NCBI GenBank assembly: GCA_951406725.2
Contig: OX597814.1
Coordinates: 199,640,001-199,704,000, forward strand
Direction: 5' to 3'
Source of the DNA: Octopus vulgaris
Taxonomy: Eukaryota
Length of the DNA: 64,000 nucleotides
Shown: piece by piece, positions 1 to 13,816 of the stretch
Layout: each line of letters opens with the position of its first letter
Position numbering within the stretch: the first letter of the stretch is position 1
Made by a program: the position numbers and the translations under genes
The notes under the pieces: generated by a model
Told to the model about the DNA's origin: nothing
Database searches by the model: none
Seen by the model: only the letters and a program-made list of their open reading frames with translations

Positions 1-231
1 ACTCTTACTCTTTTACTCTTTTACTTGTTTCAGTCATTTGACTGCGGCCATGCTGGAGCACCGCCTTTAGTCGAGCAAGTCGACCCCGGGACTTATTCTT
101 TGTAAGCCCAGAACTTATTCTATCGGTCTCTTTTGCCGAACCGCTAAGTGACGGGGACGTAAACACACCAGCATCGGTTGTCAAGCAATGCTAGGGGAAC
201 AAACACAGACACACAAACACATACATACACA

Positions 232-279
<48 letters not shown>

Positions 280-444
280 TACGACGGGCTTCTTTCAGTT
301 TCCGTCTACCAAATCCACTCACAAGGCATTGGTCGGCCCGGGGCTATAGCAGAAGACACTTGCCCAAGATGCCACGCAGTGGGACTGAACCCGGAACCAT
401 GTGGTTGGTTAGCAAGTTACTTATCACACAGCCACTCCTGCGCC
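1..444 (-). mobile_element. tRNA-derived SINE family A, near full length (runs off the window start)
   Basis: Minus strand begins GGCGCAGGAGTGGCTGTGTG with A-box and B-box-like GGTTCAGTCCC. It has an internal (TA)n and a 3' module ending (AAAAGAGT)n. More than 10 homologous copies occur in the window. Confidence 0.9.
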
Positions 445-1394
445 ATGTCTTTCCTCTTATTTTTTTTTTTAGTACTAAGATTATATTCTATAGTATTATA
501 TATAACGAATCATATTTTACTCATTTGGCAAGATTTATTGAAGCCTTCCACAGTGACCACTGTCCTACAAGAGAAAAGTTTGTTTCAATATTTTGTATTT
601 TACTGATATTTCTAAATTTCGTAGTATATTTGAAATTTGTTGCCGAAAACCTGTGTTTAACATACATTTATAGATCGGCACGTAAGTCATCAGAAGATCT
701 AATTCAGTTTCTGAGTTAACGTCCTGTCGCTTAAGATCGATAAATCGTATGTAATATATTAAAATCGTCTCCGTAAATTATTTTTCCGTGTTCTCATAAA
801 AATATCATGGAAATAAAGTAATATAACCAAATATTTTGTTTCACATAAGTTGACACAATTTGTATCAAAACATTTTACCAAGAAATGTAAATATTCAGAA
901 ATATTTAAACGTTTTATCTTTTATTTGGTAACAATTTACACAGAGAAAATACTCTGGAAAAAATAATATTAGAAAATTTGGTCGAAAAAGTTTTAAAATA
1001 AACATGATGTAGTTATATAAATATTTATTCATAGAACATTATCAATATTAAAATAAACAATTATAAATTCTAAAAATGTATGCAGCGAAGCAGATTTTGA
1101 TTAAGATCATTTTTAATCTTAAATGAGTGGAAAATATTGACCCAATCCATAAAGAAGTATTTATATTTTCTCTAGTATCACATAATAAAAATGTTTTGCT
1201 TTCATTACTAATTAATTAAATGTTTAATCAATCTTACTTTCACAATTATAGAATATAAAATAACAATGCGAATAGTCGTTTGCCGTAGGTAACCCTTTAA
1301 AAACCACAAACTTTAATCTCATCCAAGCTCCAAGGTATTCTATGATCCTTGATGATCAGTTTGAAGCATGTCACCGACTTAATATCATGAGAGA

Positions 1395-2300
1395 GGCGAT
1401 TTTCTACAATGGATGAATGATTCCTCATGTGAGAAGATTGTGCGCTTCAGACCTAGTCACCATTCCGCACCACACACCGCTGTCTCGTCCTGCAGTCGTA
1501 TAGTCTACCCTAGTCCTCCTTGTCCAGTCGTTAATGCCACCACTACTTCGTCTTTGCCGTCCGCGAACCTGTTTTCCATTCACCAAGCTTCTAAGGACGT
1601 GGGCCCTGATTATGTGGCCAAATTATTGCAGTATTGCTGTCTGACGATCATCAACAACTCTCATTACATCCTTATCTCCTCTTGGACTGAATCGTTTGTT
1701 CTACGAGCGACCCAAATGATCTGCAGCGCCCGTTCGAGCACCCTCGGTCGCTTAGTATTAACCACCTTCTGCGTCCATATCCATACAGCACCCCACCCCT
1801 GTGCAAAACTGAAGGCCAGAGCAAGAATTTTATGCTTTTACCCACGGTACGTTTTTTTCCATATTGTATTACTTGTGGAAAATAAATAGAGCGAATAATC
1901 TTCAAAAATACGGATAAAGCAAACAAACATTAAAATAATAAGTCTTGCTCTGATTCTTGGCTGCATTCCGCTGTTTCGTCAACAATGGAACCCAAGTACT
2001 TGATTTTGCTACCCTGGGTTTGCTTGACTCTTTGGTATCGTATGGTAAACCTTTTTGATGTCCTTATTGTTGCTGTGATCTTCCTCTTTTTGGTACTGAT
2101 CCTTAGCTGAAACTAAATGGAGACTAGACCAATTCTGTCAATCAGTCTCTGGAGCTCAACACTGTGATTAGCCTAATGTAGATTATTTAGCAACTACCTA
2201 GACCGATCTAGCTGAGATCATCTAACACCTGCATCACATCTTCAGGGTAGATAGAGGAAACAATGCACCATGACCGAACTCCTTTCCTGATACTATTTCG
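1395..2300 (-). mobile_element. Decayed RTE-clade LINE fragment (RT domain to C-terminus)
   Basis: Manual minus-strand translation with stops and frameshifts gives SIRKGVRSWCIVS, ELQRLIDRIG, KIKYLGSIVDETAECSQE and FGHIIRAH..GKQVRGRQRR..INDWT. These match RTE motifs GVRQGC, YLGS and FGHI.R..RGRQR. Confidence 0.8.
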
Positions 2301-2619
2301 TAAGCTCACATTTCACCATTATAACAACTGTCTGCTGACCAATGTACGGTCACCGCAGTAAGTCGACCACTGAACCCTCGATCTTCCACAATACTGTACA
2401 GGATAATATAATCAAATCTTCTCAGTAACTTTATAACTCCCGAACTTCTGTAGATACCCATATTATGAAATAATGAAAATACGACTAAAAATAATGCCAT
2501 TGATAAAAAAAAAAAGCAAATCAAAGCGATTTCTGTGTACAAATACAAAATTCGATAATTTAATGTGCATTTAGAATAATATAAAGAAATGCTATCAAGC
2601 AACGACTGAAGGTTTCTCA

Positions 2620-2825
2620 TTTGTTTATTGCCCACAGGGGGCTAAACACAGAAGGAACAAACAAGAACAGACAAAGGGGTTAAGCCGATTATGTCGACCC
2701 CAGTGCGTAACTGGTACTTATTTAATCGACCCCGAAAGGATGAAAGGCAAAGTCGACCTCGGTGGAATTTGAACTCAGAACGTAACAGCATACGAAATAG
2801 CGCTAATCATTTCCCCCGGCGTGCT
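2620..2825 (-). mobile_element. tRNA-derived SINE family B, single copy
   Basis: Contains the family core ATCGACCCCGAAAGGATGAAAGGCAAAGTCGACCTCGG..GAATTTGAACTCAGAACG shared with many copies. Confidence 0.85.
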
Positions 2826-3789
2826 TCAACGACTAAAGTTTTCTACAGTGTCGTTAAATCTTCGCAGCCATCTTGAAGTATGAGATATATTCTAACCTTG
2901 CGCGCGTGCGTGTTCTCATTTTCCCTTTCGTTTTCTTCGTGCTGTCAAACTAAAAAAACTAATAAAGAGTTGCTTTCCTGCGTCCATAGGTTAAGATTTA
3001 ATTGTCTTGAAGTGGGAGACATATTCTAACCTAATTATGGCTTTGTTAAAATATTCACCCCTGCGAACTGTTTTGACATTCGTAAGAAAAAAAAAATTAT
3101 GAATCATTCAAGTAAAATTTACTATATTGTTTCACATGCCCCAAGTAAAGTCACTCAATAATTTAGGGTTATTTTTATGTTTACCTGTTTTCTCCGTTTT
3201 TTTTTTGTTTATTTTTTTTGCTGATCATTGGCCCAGTTTTATTTCCTACACGGAATATCACTTCTAGTTTTTATGTGTTTTTTCTCTCTCATGTTTAAAA
3301 ACTTGTTTCATAAATATTTAAATTATGTTGAGCACTAAATATCGCGATTTACAATGTGTTAGGCTCCTAAGCTTCCGTTTTTAAAATATATTTTGAAGCT
3401 GAACTCATAACTAACTTTTCTTGAACATCATCATCATCATCATCATTGCACATTTCAGCGTTCTCAGTAACTGATATATATGTTTATAAGTATCACTTCA
3501 AAATGCTTAATTTATTACTGTCGACAACGTTTTCTACTTATCACTGAAAACATTAAACAGATAAATTTATTTATTGGTGGTACAGGAATTAAAATAGTTA
3601 TTTGTCGTCAAGAAATATGACTGCAAGAAAATAACACGGGTTGGGGCGGGGGCGTTCTGCATTCTAAATACAACAGGGACGTCAGATATATAATCTTGTG
3701 AGTTGAGAATAAAAGTTGGACGAAACTAAGAGTGATAGATATGTGTGGCGAGAAAGTAGTAAGGCACATTATGAATATCAACAATATAC

Positions 3790-4626
3790 TTTTCTACTTT
3801 AGGCACAAGACCCGAAACTTGGGGGGAGGGAGCCAGTCGATTAGATCGACCCAGTACGCAACTGGTACTTAATTTATCGACCCCGAAAGGACAAAAGGCA
3901 AAGTCGATCTCGGCCGAATTTGAACTCAGAACATAAAGACAGACGAAATACCTATTTCTTTACTACACACAAGGGGCTAAGCACAGAGAATAGAAACAAG
4001 GACAGACAAACGGATTAAGTCGATTATATCGACCCCAGTGCGTAACTGGTACTTATTTAATCGACCCCGAAAGGATGAAAGGCAAACTCGACCTCAGCGG
4101 ATTTGAACTCAGAACGTAGCGGCAGACGAAATACCTATTTCTTTATTACCCATAAGAGGCTAAACATAGAGCAGAAAAACAAGGACAGACATAGGTATTA
4201 AGTCGATTACATCAACTCCAGTGCGTAACTGGTACTTAATTTATCGACCCCGAAAGGATGAAAGGCAAAGTCGACCCCGGCGGAATTTGAACTCAGAACG
4301 TAGCGACAGATGAAATACAGCTACGCATTTCGCCCGGCATGCTAACGTTTCTGCCAGCTCGCAGCCTTCGGCAGACGAAATTCCGCTAAGGGTTTCGCCC
4401 AGCGTACTAACGTTTCTTATTTATTTATTGCCCACAAGAGGCTAAACATAGAGGGGACAAACAAGGACAGACAAAGGGATTAAGTCGGTTACATCGACCC
4501 CAGTGCTTAACTGGTACTTAATTAATCGACCCCGAAAAGATAAAAGGCTAAGTAGACCTCGGCGGAATTTCACTCAGTACGTAATACCGCTAAGAATTTC
4601 GCCCTGCGTACAAAAGTTTCTGCTAG
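3790..4626 (-). mobile_element. SINE family B cluster (about 4-5 partly tandem units)
   Basis: Repeated ~180-bp family B units. Confidence 0.85.
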
Positions 4627-5254
4627 GAAAATAGCTAAGGAGAGCGTTGTGTATACTAAATTAAAATACGGTAGAGTTTACATTTGTAAATTATGTTTGT
4701 TTGTTTTTTTTCATAATTTCAATAAATTTATATGTAATTCATGATGTCGCGACTGATTTCATGAGAGTGATATTTCTAGTTCGTTGTTTTTAGAATTTAG
4801 ACACTCCTACAGGGGTATTCAAAATAGTATATTCGCAAACTAAATACAGAGATAAACTCACTTGATCGAGATTTTCCGCCGTTACATTTGAGAATCCTAA
4901 TGATCTTTCTTGAACATTTCTATTAACCTCACCAATTGAGTAGAAAATGCTTCACTGATGTGGTTCTAGTGATATGTCCATTACATTCAGCAGGAGGCTT
5001 AAAGATTAGATCGGTTAACTACTGCGTTTTCTGTTTTATCATAAATATAAAATTCATTTATATTATTGGACTTATCTATTATACTTTTGTTTTTAGATTT
5101 TAAACATTCGTAGAGGGATTTTTCCCATCATTCTCAGTTATTTAAAGCTTTCCAATTAACCACGATATTTGTTATTTATTTTAATTACTAACATTTTTTA
5201 ATAACGTCTTCCTGTATGAGATTATTGAGATTTTCATACCAAATAACTGTTTGC

Positions 5255-5720
5255 CAGCGAAGAACACTGCCTGTTCGAGATAAACTCTACAGACACGGAA
5301 GCGCTGTGAGGCGGGAGTGTCCCGAGACGCGCACAGAGCGACGAAGCCGTTCTGCACGCACTCAAGCAGTGTTTAAGTATTGCTGACTTGTGGAGTTACG
5401 CCGAACAGCTGTTATCAAGTGTGGGCACGAATCTATCAGCCGAATCTATCGTGAGGACTGCCCCACATTTAACAAGACAGGGCAGGCAGTGACTATGGCG
5501 AAAGAAGTTGTGTTGTGGTCGAGGTTAAGAGGATTGAGGAAAGACACTTTACTATTCGGTCAAGCTCTGATCGACTTTTTTAAAGTTCCACTTGGAAAGG
5601 AAAGTGAGGGTAGAGAGAGAGAAGTGCTACCTTCAAGTGAAATTGTGAAAAGATGGGTGACTGGCAAATATGCTTAGAGTGAATGGCCTTAGTCTAAATA
5701 TGTGCCTGTAGATTAGGGAG
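5255..5720 (+). mobile_element. Decayed L1/Tx1-like LINE 3' fragment (zf-RVT/CCHC region)
   Basis: Frameshifted translation LPVRDKLYRHG..ECP..QSDEAVLHALKQC..DLWSYAEQLLS, then MAKEVV..GQALIDFFK..EREVLPSSEIVKRWV. This is typical of the L1/Tx1 ORF2 C-terminus and explains ORF 5390..5677. Confidence 0.75.
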
Positions 5721-6699
5721 CAGGGGAGAAGGCTCGTAACTTTGGTGGTCAGGGTAATTCTTTATTCCTACGTTTATAAACAGTACTTCTAATATCGAAT
5801 TACGTCTCTTCACATTCTAAGTTCAAACCCAACTGCAACGTCAACTCAGCCTTAATCTTTCTTGGGGCGATTTTATTGATTATCATATTCTTCCTCTGAA
5901 GAAAGTCAAGCTTTGTAGCAAGTTTATCCGTATTATTATAAATACAGACTGCAATAGGCTACTGAATGTTTTTTTTGCGCAATAATTGTCTCAGCATTCG
6001 CGTTCACATTCAGACTAGCATTACTTAGAACTCATTGGTGCCTAAATTACCATGCACATTTGCCTTACTCCTATTGGTACATTTTTATCAAATAACCTCT
6101 CCTATTACTTTCTTAGTTTATCTTACTACACTAAATAATTTATTTGTGATATCTAAAACTAAATTCAAGACATATGCTACACTGAGTGGTTGTGGGTTTA
6201 AAGACCTTTGAAATCCTTGCAAAAAATTTTTACTGCTGAAATCTTTTTTTACCTGATCTGATATTATAAAACACTAAATTTATGTTATTTAACAAAGTCA
6301 CTTCCAGGATCACTGACTCATTGTTATGTATATTAATGTGATGGTTTATGAATATTAACTTAATGGTTTCTGGCAATCATATTACAGCAGATATCAAATG
6401 ATTCACTTTATTTTTTTACATTTTTTTCATTTCCGCACGCATCTCATGTTGCTTCCATTTTGCCTAGTCTCTTCCACATCACTGTTTCAACGAATCACAA
6501 CTGTTTGTTGGCAATGAAACAAATAGTTAAAATTTTCGTAAAATAAAATTATTATTTAAACTTTAAATACTTCATACTTTCGAGATCTATTCATTCTTTT
6601 TCTCCATTCACCGCTGTCTGTTCTTTACAATTTACTTTCTCTACGAAATATTATATGACATTATCTGCATTTGTTTTAATGGAGCAGCATTCTTTACTG

Positions 6700-7500
6700 A
6701 CGTTTTCCATCTAAATACAGGATGTATGTCTTGTGTCTGGCGTCTTAGTTCGCTCAGACATCCTGACAGCTTCAGGTTTTATTCATTTTCACTTTCATAA
6801 TACATTATGTTAATCTTTCTTTTTCTTCTATGGACCTTACCCATCTATCTCATTATTGCCTGTATTCCTTACGTCATGCATTGGCTTTCATTATTTATCC
6901 GTCTAGCCGAGCAGGGAATTCTCGGGTGCCATGTAACCAGTTACAACTCTACAATCTATCGCTTCTTTTGATTTGTGTTGAATCTTTATTAGAGCAGTCG
7001 CTAGCAGAATCTGTTGAGTGATAGCGTTATTATTTTATAATATCTAGTTATGTCTCTTATTGTTCTGAGTTGCTGACATTCAGTGCATCTTTGTGAAACC
7101 ACAATGTTTGTTTCACAAAGATTGTTTCTTTCAAAAATGAATGCATTTTAATCTGTTGCATTTGTGATTTTTTTTTTTCTGTTACGTCCTATTGTTTCCA
7201 TTGTCGCATTTCTTCTGATGGTGTATAGTGTAAGGCGTTGCAATACAGAGAAGATAGTTTATAGAGTGCTTTTGAAACTAGTTCGGCGTGTCCGCTCCTG
7301 ATATACTAATGCTCATTGTCTTATGTCTATCATGCTCAGTACTTATTGTTACCTCTCACATATCCACCATTGTATTTTGCAAACTAGTTCTTTGTCTATT
7401 TGAGTTTTGGATTATTCAGATCTTTAATCATTGCTTCGTCAATCTGTCCTAAATATTATGAATAGTTATTAATTTCAATGTCCTGTAAAGGAAGAATAGC
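6700..7500 (-). mobile_element. Possible highly decayed non-LTR retroelement
   Basis: Coding-like composition with only weak motifs (Y.YLG-like); no clear assignment. Confidence 0.25.
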
Positions 7501-7518
7501 TTAATACAATGGTATGTA

Positions 7519-7685
7519 ACTCTTTTATTCTTTTATTTGTTTGAGTCATTGGACTGTGGCCATGCTGGATCACCGCCTTTAGTCGAGCAAATTGACACTA
7601 GGACTTATTCTTTGTAAGCCCAATATTTATTCTATCAGTCAATTTTGCCGAACCGCTAAGTTACGGGAACGTAAATACACCACCG
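7519..7685 (-). mobile_element. SINE family A, 3' module only
   Basis: Diverged match to the 3' module of copy 1-444. Confidence 0.8.
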
Positions 7686-7789
7686 TTAGGTATCCCTAAT
7701 ATCCCAGAAACAGCTGTAAGGCTAACTTTCTTTTTATAAATGTCCTGAAAGTTCCAGACAGCCTTAGCTTTGTTGTCACATTTTATTTA

Positions 7790-7957
<168 letters not shown>

Positions 7958-7984
7958 CCAAGTTGAGGGAGAGGAACAGGTAAA

Positions 7985-8078
7985 ATCTAGGCTACATATG
8001 TTTCCTAACTAGCAGATCCTCTGATGTTATAATTACTCAATGAATGGTATTCAACTAGCTGATCATCAGGCCGAAGAT
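7985..8078 (-). ncRNA. Degenerate type I hammerhead ribozyme motif
   Basis: CUGAUGA at 8069-8063; helix II UCAGCUAG/CUAGUUAG with one mismatch and a U-G closing pair; GAAA at 8004-8001; palindromic helix III ACAUAUGU; A17; short helix I GGC/GCC. Confidence 0.5.
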
Positions 8079-9617
8079 ACCTTAATTAAATGAAGGTTAC
8101 AGTATCGTTTGGGAATCCCAAGTTAACTCACTGAAGATATAATTTAAAATGAGTGGTGAAGACGGAAGAAGAGAATAGGAAAAAAAACTAAAAAAAAAAC
8201 AAATGTTTGAAGAAATGAAATGGTAAATAATAAAAGTAAAGGAAGAATTCAAATATTTGGGAGTGGGGAATTGTCAAAAGATTCTACTGAATGGAAACAT
8301 TTTGGGTTAATATAAGCTTGACCAACGTGCCCAGTTTAACGAAATGTCTGGTTCACTAAATCGATCTATTTACTTATTAGATCTACCGCTCGAAGCTTAC
8401 AAATTTCCTACACTTAGATCCTTGGATTTCACAATCACACACAGCTTGATAAGTGCATTGGCAAGGAACTCTTGGCTATTGAACCATTGAACCACTGTAC
8501 CTTCTCGATAAATGTTTCTGTGCTGGTAAAGTTGCAATATTTGGGTTTCAAACTTGCATATTTTCCCTGCGAGTTGTAAGCTAGTCATTAATTTACAGCA
8601 ACGCAATATGTATATGCATATGTAGAATTGATCTATGCTGTATTAGACATTTTTTTTTTCAACAACAAGTATATCATATCGTACGATTTTTAATATCTTT
8701 TAGTCAATAAGTGAACGGAGTCTTGCAAAGCAATTTGTGATATCTCTTTTTACACATGTTAAATGTAATACAAAGTGCAATATTCTAGATACGCTATATG
8801 TTATTGATATTTGACTTAGTAGAGACAACAAACAATTAAACATATGCAGACCGACGTTAGTCAATAAATAAATAAGAATTTTACCATTTGATAGAAGCGA
8901 GAACCTAAGATATTGAAATACAGTTGTGAGTTGAAATAATTACTAAAACATTTTATAGCATCAACAAAAAGCAATATTTTACCAGAATTAGTACAAACTT
9001 AAGGATATTTATGATTTTGTTAATACAGACTGATGTTTGGCAAGTCAGTTGATGGCAAAAACAGTAATTGTTGTTGTATTTAGTTTTTTTTTTGTGTCTC
9101 GGGAGGGTCATTACGCCAGTAATAACACACGCACTGGTTCAATATCACTTCTTTATTGTTAGTCAATTGGTTAAATATGTTATTGTATTTAATTGTATGC
9201 CTTTATGCATTGAATACATTTGTCAACGGGATCAATTTTGTATTTTCATTTGCATGATTCCTTTTAGTTACGGAGAATTTCATTTACAAAATAAAGATTG
9301 AAAACTAACAGGTCAAAATCATCAGACTTACTATTTGTGAGAAAGACGTTATGTAATTATGAAACCTCAAGATATGCTATGTGTTAGTTGCTCTTAGAAC
9401 TTGTCCCTTTTATCCAAGCCAAATATTTGCTACATGTCCTTTGGTGCTCTAATGTTCGCTTCAATATACTTATACATAGTAACTAAACTCGGTCGTCAGG
9501 ATATTAGATACTTTTTAAACTCGTCATCAGAAAGTGATATCACCTCTCTCCTATTTTTCCTGTTTTATTTCTCTTTCTTTTTTTTTTTTTTTTTTTGCTG
9601 TGGCTCTATTCTATATA

Positions 9618-9990
9618 GGCGCAGGAGTGACTGTGTGGGAAGAAGCTTGCTTCCCGACCACATGGCTCCGGGTTCAGTCCCACTGCGTACCACGTTGGGC
9701 AAGTGTCTTCTGCTATAACTTTGGGCCAACCAAAGCCTTGCGAGTGGATTTGGTAGATGGAAACTGAAAGAAGCCTGTCGTACACACACACACACATGTA
9801 TTTGTGTCTGAGTTTATACCAGCCACCATCGCTTGACATCCTATGTTGTGTTTACGTCCCCGTAACCTAGTAGTCAGCAAAACAGAGAACTTGGCTGACA
9901 AAGAATAAGTCCTGAGGTCGCTTTGTTCGACTAAAGGCGGTGTTCCAGCATGGCCGCGGTCAAATGACCGAAACCAGTAAAAGAATACAA
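9618..9990 (+). mobile_element. SINE family A
   Basis: GGCGCAGGAGTGACTGTGTGG head, internal (CA)n and 3' module. Confidence 0.88.
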
Positions 9991-10823
9991 GAACAGAAGA
10001 ATGCATTTCCATTCAGTTTGATAACTCTGTTCAATTCTGTGAAATTTTCATTTTGGCTTCCTAAAGTTTTTTTCTCAATTATTCTGTTCTACTGTACAAC
10101 CTGTCATTAGCTTCCATTTGTTTCCACCAACTCCTTTTTCATAAGAAACCAAGAAACAAACTATACATATTAACTGCCGAATGTTGGTAATTCAGTTGCA
10201 GTTTTAGGTAATTTTTATTTTTTCACTTATTTATTTATCTTTTACAATTCTGGAGCCTGTTTTTCTTCCCTTGTCTATTTCTGCCATAGTCTTCATTACA
10301 TATATAGAACAATTTAAAACAGAGTTACTTACTTGCAAATAAATGTGTTAACATGTGGCATTATTAACCGAGGTTACCGTGGTCTTTTTCGTAGGCTTTT
10401 CTTTCCACGGATAAACCTTATCTGCTTCCCGCTTTACACTTTACATCATGACATTTCTGTGATACACGATCCCTATTGATCGTTTTTTTACCTTTTCTTT
10501 TTACGATCCCTTTGATCGAAAACCTACCCCACTTTTTTTTCCCCAAAAAGAAAAGCTCTACTTTGTAATTTGTCCCTTCTGTGTTCAGCCCTATGTGGTT
10601 AATAAAGAAACATATATAAACCAAGAGGTGAAAAGGATTAATAAATCCAGGTATATGTCTAGAAAGTACTCAGTGGTTAAACGAGCTGGGTTAACTATAA
10701 CGAACCACCAGCTAACAAGAAATGCAAACAGAATTAACATCCGGAGTAATTCCTCATGTATGACAAGTAGATCCAAAGAGTGTCAAGAAATTCGGTGTAT
10801 ATGATGACATGAAAAATGGACGG

Positions 10824-11221
10824 GGTACTTTTTGGTTATCTTACCCCCATTTAAAAAACTGCCATTAAAAAACTGGGTTATCTCCCCACTAAAAAATAGA
10901 GTTGATGTGATGACAAGAGATTGGATTGAAAGAGTTAGATCCTTTTAATTCGACACTTTTGATTCAACACATTACTGACGTTTAGCCTCCTCAATAGGCG
11001 TGGTATGATTTGTTATAAAAATGTTATCAGATTCAAAAAGATGTTTGATTTTTTTCAGTTTACATGTTTATTAATTTTTCATTTTTTCTTTATTGAGGGT
11101 CAAACCTTTATTATTATTTTATTATTTTTTTTTAGGGAGATGCCCAAAAGTGTCAATATTTCTCGTAAAATGGGGGATATAACCCGATTTTCTAATGGGA
11201 GTGAGATAACCAAAATGTACC
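10824..11221. mobile_element. MITE-like element with imperfect terminal inverted repeats
   Basis: Left end GGTACTTTTTGGTTATCTTACCCCCATT..GGGTTATCTCCCC matches the reverse complement of the right end GGTACATTTTGGTTATCTCACTCCCATT..GGGTTATATCCCC. No clear TSD. Confidence 0.55.
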
Positions 11222-12117
11222 AAGGCGGGAAAAAAATCACATCTTTAAATGAAGATTATACCATACATTTAAAGATGCGATTTTCTCCATTTTTTTTTTT
11301 TTGTTCATGTTGTTATATATAGTACTGCAGTGGACTAGATAAACAAATAGAAAAATTCAGCAGACTCATATTCTGTTTATTTTTGACTGGTTACGAAAGG
11401 GGTAGATGGAATATATGAAAAAATGTCAGGAACAAGAAAACAGCGAAAATGATGGAAGACAACAAAACTAAGAATTAATACAACACGTGTAAAATACAAA
11501 AGATCACAAACTATGATGACAAGAAGCTTCTGTTCTCGATTGAATAAGTTGATCGAATGGTTTAGAAATGGTTTAGCTATATATTTATGGCGCTTAAAAT
11601 TAGCCACATAAGCAAGTCTACCATGTATTTCAGATTCTTCGCTTCGGCTACTATAATCAAAGCTTATATTGGTCAAATACACCAATAATGTATTCCACCG
11701 ACTTGTAGTATATGTTTTGGAGATTTAACGAAATGTTTTTTCTTTCAATGCATAATGAACACACGACATCTAATAGTTTCTCTCTTGAAATTATATGGAA
11801 GATCACGCTCGAAACGTATAATTTTGCTACACAGAGAATTTTAAATACGTTCCTTTGCACACCGGTGAGAAAGTCTGTAGCAAGCTTGCATACACATCTC
11901 TTCATAATGTGTTCATCTTGTCTGTTTCTTTTTTTGTTTTTTACTTCACCGTTTTACTTCTTTTCTTCTCATTTTTTCAAATACCACAATCGTTCGTTAA
12001 CAGTGGAGTCTCGAGCAATATTATGTAGAAAACACAATGACAGCTGAAGACGGGAAGACAACGTATATTTCAAAATAGGACTAATACAATTGACGTGAAG
12101 TTCATACTCCGATTGCT

Positions 12118-12228
12118 ATATATATATATATATATATACACGCATATGTATATATGGGTATGTATGCATATGTGTATTTGTATGTATATATATACATATA
12201 TATATATATATATGTGTGCGTGTGTGTG

Positions 12229-12263
<35 letters not shown>

Positions 12264-12264
12264 T

Positions 12265-12305
<41 letters not shown>

Positions 12306-12542
12306 TTATGTGTGTGTGTGTATATATGTGTGTGTGTGTGTGTTTATATATGTGTGTGTGTGTGTTTATATATGTGTGTGTGTGTGTGTTTATATATATG
12401 TGTGTGTGTGTGTATATATATATGTGTGTGTGTGTGTTTATATATATATGTGTGTGTGTGTGTTTATATATATAAAAATATATATATATATATGTATATA
12501 TATATACGTGTGTGGTGTGTATACATATATACACACACATGC

Positions 12543-12575
<33 letters not shown>

Positions 12576-12773
12576 CATGTTTATGTGTATATGTGTATGA
12601 TTGGTTGTTTATAGATCTGTGTGCATGTATATATATATATATATACACGTTGATGTATATATGGTTGTATATTTACGTAAAGATAAATGTGCACACGTGT
12701 AGATATATGTTTGTGTGCGTATATGCATGACTGTGTATACATAGATGTATGTTTATATACTCATATTTTGTAG

Positions 12774-12805
<32 letters not shown>

Positions 12806-12812
12806 GTGTGTG
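12118..12812. repeat. Long compound (TA)n/(TG)n microsatellite
   Basis: Directly visible; source of the spurious YIYI/CVCV ORFs. Confidence 0.97.
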
Positions 12813-13267
12813 AAGTAGCCACGGATTGTGGATTTGCCATTTTAGCAATCTCAGCAATTTAACATTTTAATGTAGTATCTATCAAACATTTGTGTTATAA
12901 GCGCAATGACACTGATTGCAATTTTAATTACTCCGGTGTTTTTTTTTGTTTGTTTTTTTACACTCAAGCAATTGCTTTGACAAAGAATCTAAAATGATGT
13001 TGTTGTTTTTTTTTTTTAAGCGAAATCAGACACGTGAGAGAAATGCCGCTAGGTTTAATATTCCAATTTTCTTGAGTATTTGTAACTATTTAAATGAAAT
13101 AGAAATAATTAATGGACGTGTCAGTTTAAAAAGAAAAATCCGTTTGATTTCGGTGGTGATGAAATAGTATAGTTTACCTAATCGCACACTGGAATTCACA
13201 TAACACTCTATGAAACAATTTGCTGGTGAACTCTGGGATTTTCTTTTCATATTGTAATGCAGTTACT

Positions 13268-13530
13268 AAAAGTAAAATAAATGCGCCCTGTTAAAGCCGA
13301 GCCAGGCTCATGGGCCCGGTTTTCCCGGTTTCAATGGCGTATGTGTTCCCCAGTTGGATGGGACGCCAGTCCATCGCAGCGTTACTCATTTTTGCCAGCT
13401 GAGTGGACTGGAGCAACGTGAAATGAAGTGTTTTGCTCAAGAACACAACGCGTCACCCGGTCCAGGAATCGAAACCACAATCTTACGATCATGATGCTGA
13501 CACCCTAACCACTAAGCCACGCGCCTCCAC
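13268..13530 (-). mobile_element. tRNA-derived SINE family C variant with CORE-like middle
   Basis: tRNA-like head on the minus strand. TSD AATGCAG(T/C)TACT at 13256-13267 and 13531-13542. Confidence 0.85.
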
Positions 13531-13816
13531 AATGCAGCTACTGCTGGGTTATTATTCAACTAAGCATTAAATGAGCTACAATATGCAAATTACCGGGAAT
13601 TATTTTTTGATTGTGTATTCAATGAAGCCAAAAATATGCTGGAGTATATTTTTTTGAAAACACGAGTAGCTCTGTGTGTGTGTTTTATGTGTGTGCATGT
13701 AGGGGTGCGTGCAAGTATGTGTGCGTGAGTACGTGTGGGCATGTTCTGTGTATGTGTGTGTCTATATGCATGCATATACAAGTATGCGTGTTTGTATGCA
13801 TGGATGTGTGTGTGGA

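Noticed and set aside
178-719. Recurrent ORFs such as MSSNARGTNT and MPKMPRSGTEPGTMW
   Set aside because: They recur at every family A SINE copy; SINE-derived, not genes.
3640-3660. G-rich GGGTTGGGGCGGGGG as a G-quadruplex
   Set aside because: Only three clear G-tracts.
9480-9540. CUGANGA motifs at ~9493 and ~9525 (also ~686, ~41898, ~58739)
   Set aside because: No helix II followed by GAAA at a compatible position.
12070-12730. Long ORFs of 126-192 aa
   Set aside because: Translations of (TA)n/(TG)n microsatellite. The same applies to ORFs at 28.4-29.6, 34.3-34.8, 40.8-41.2 and 45.7-46.1 kb.
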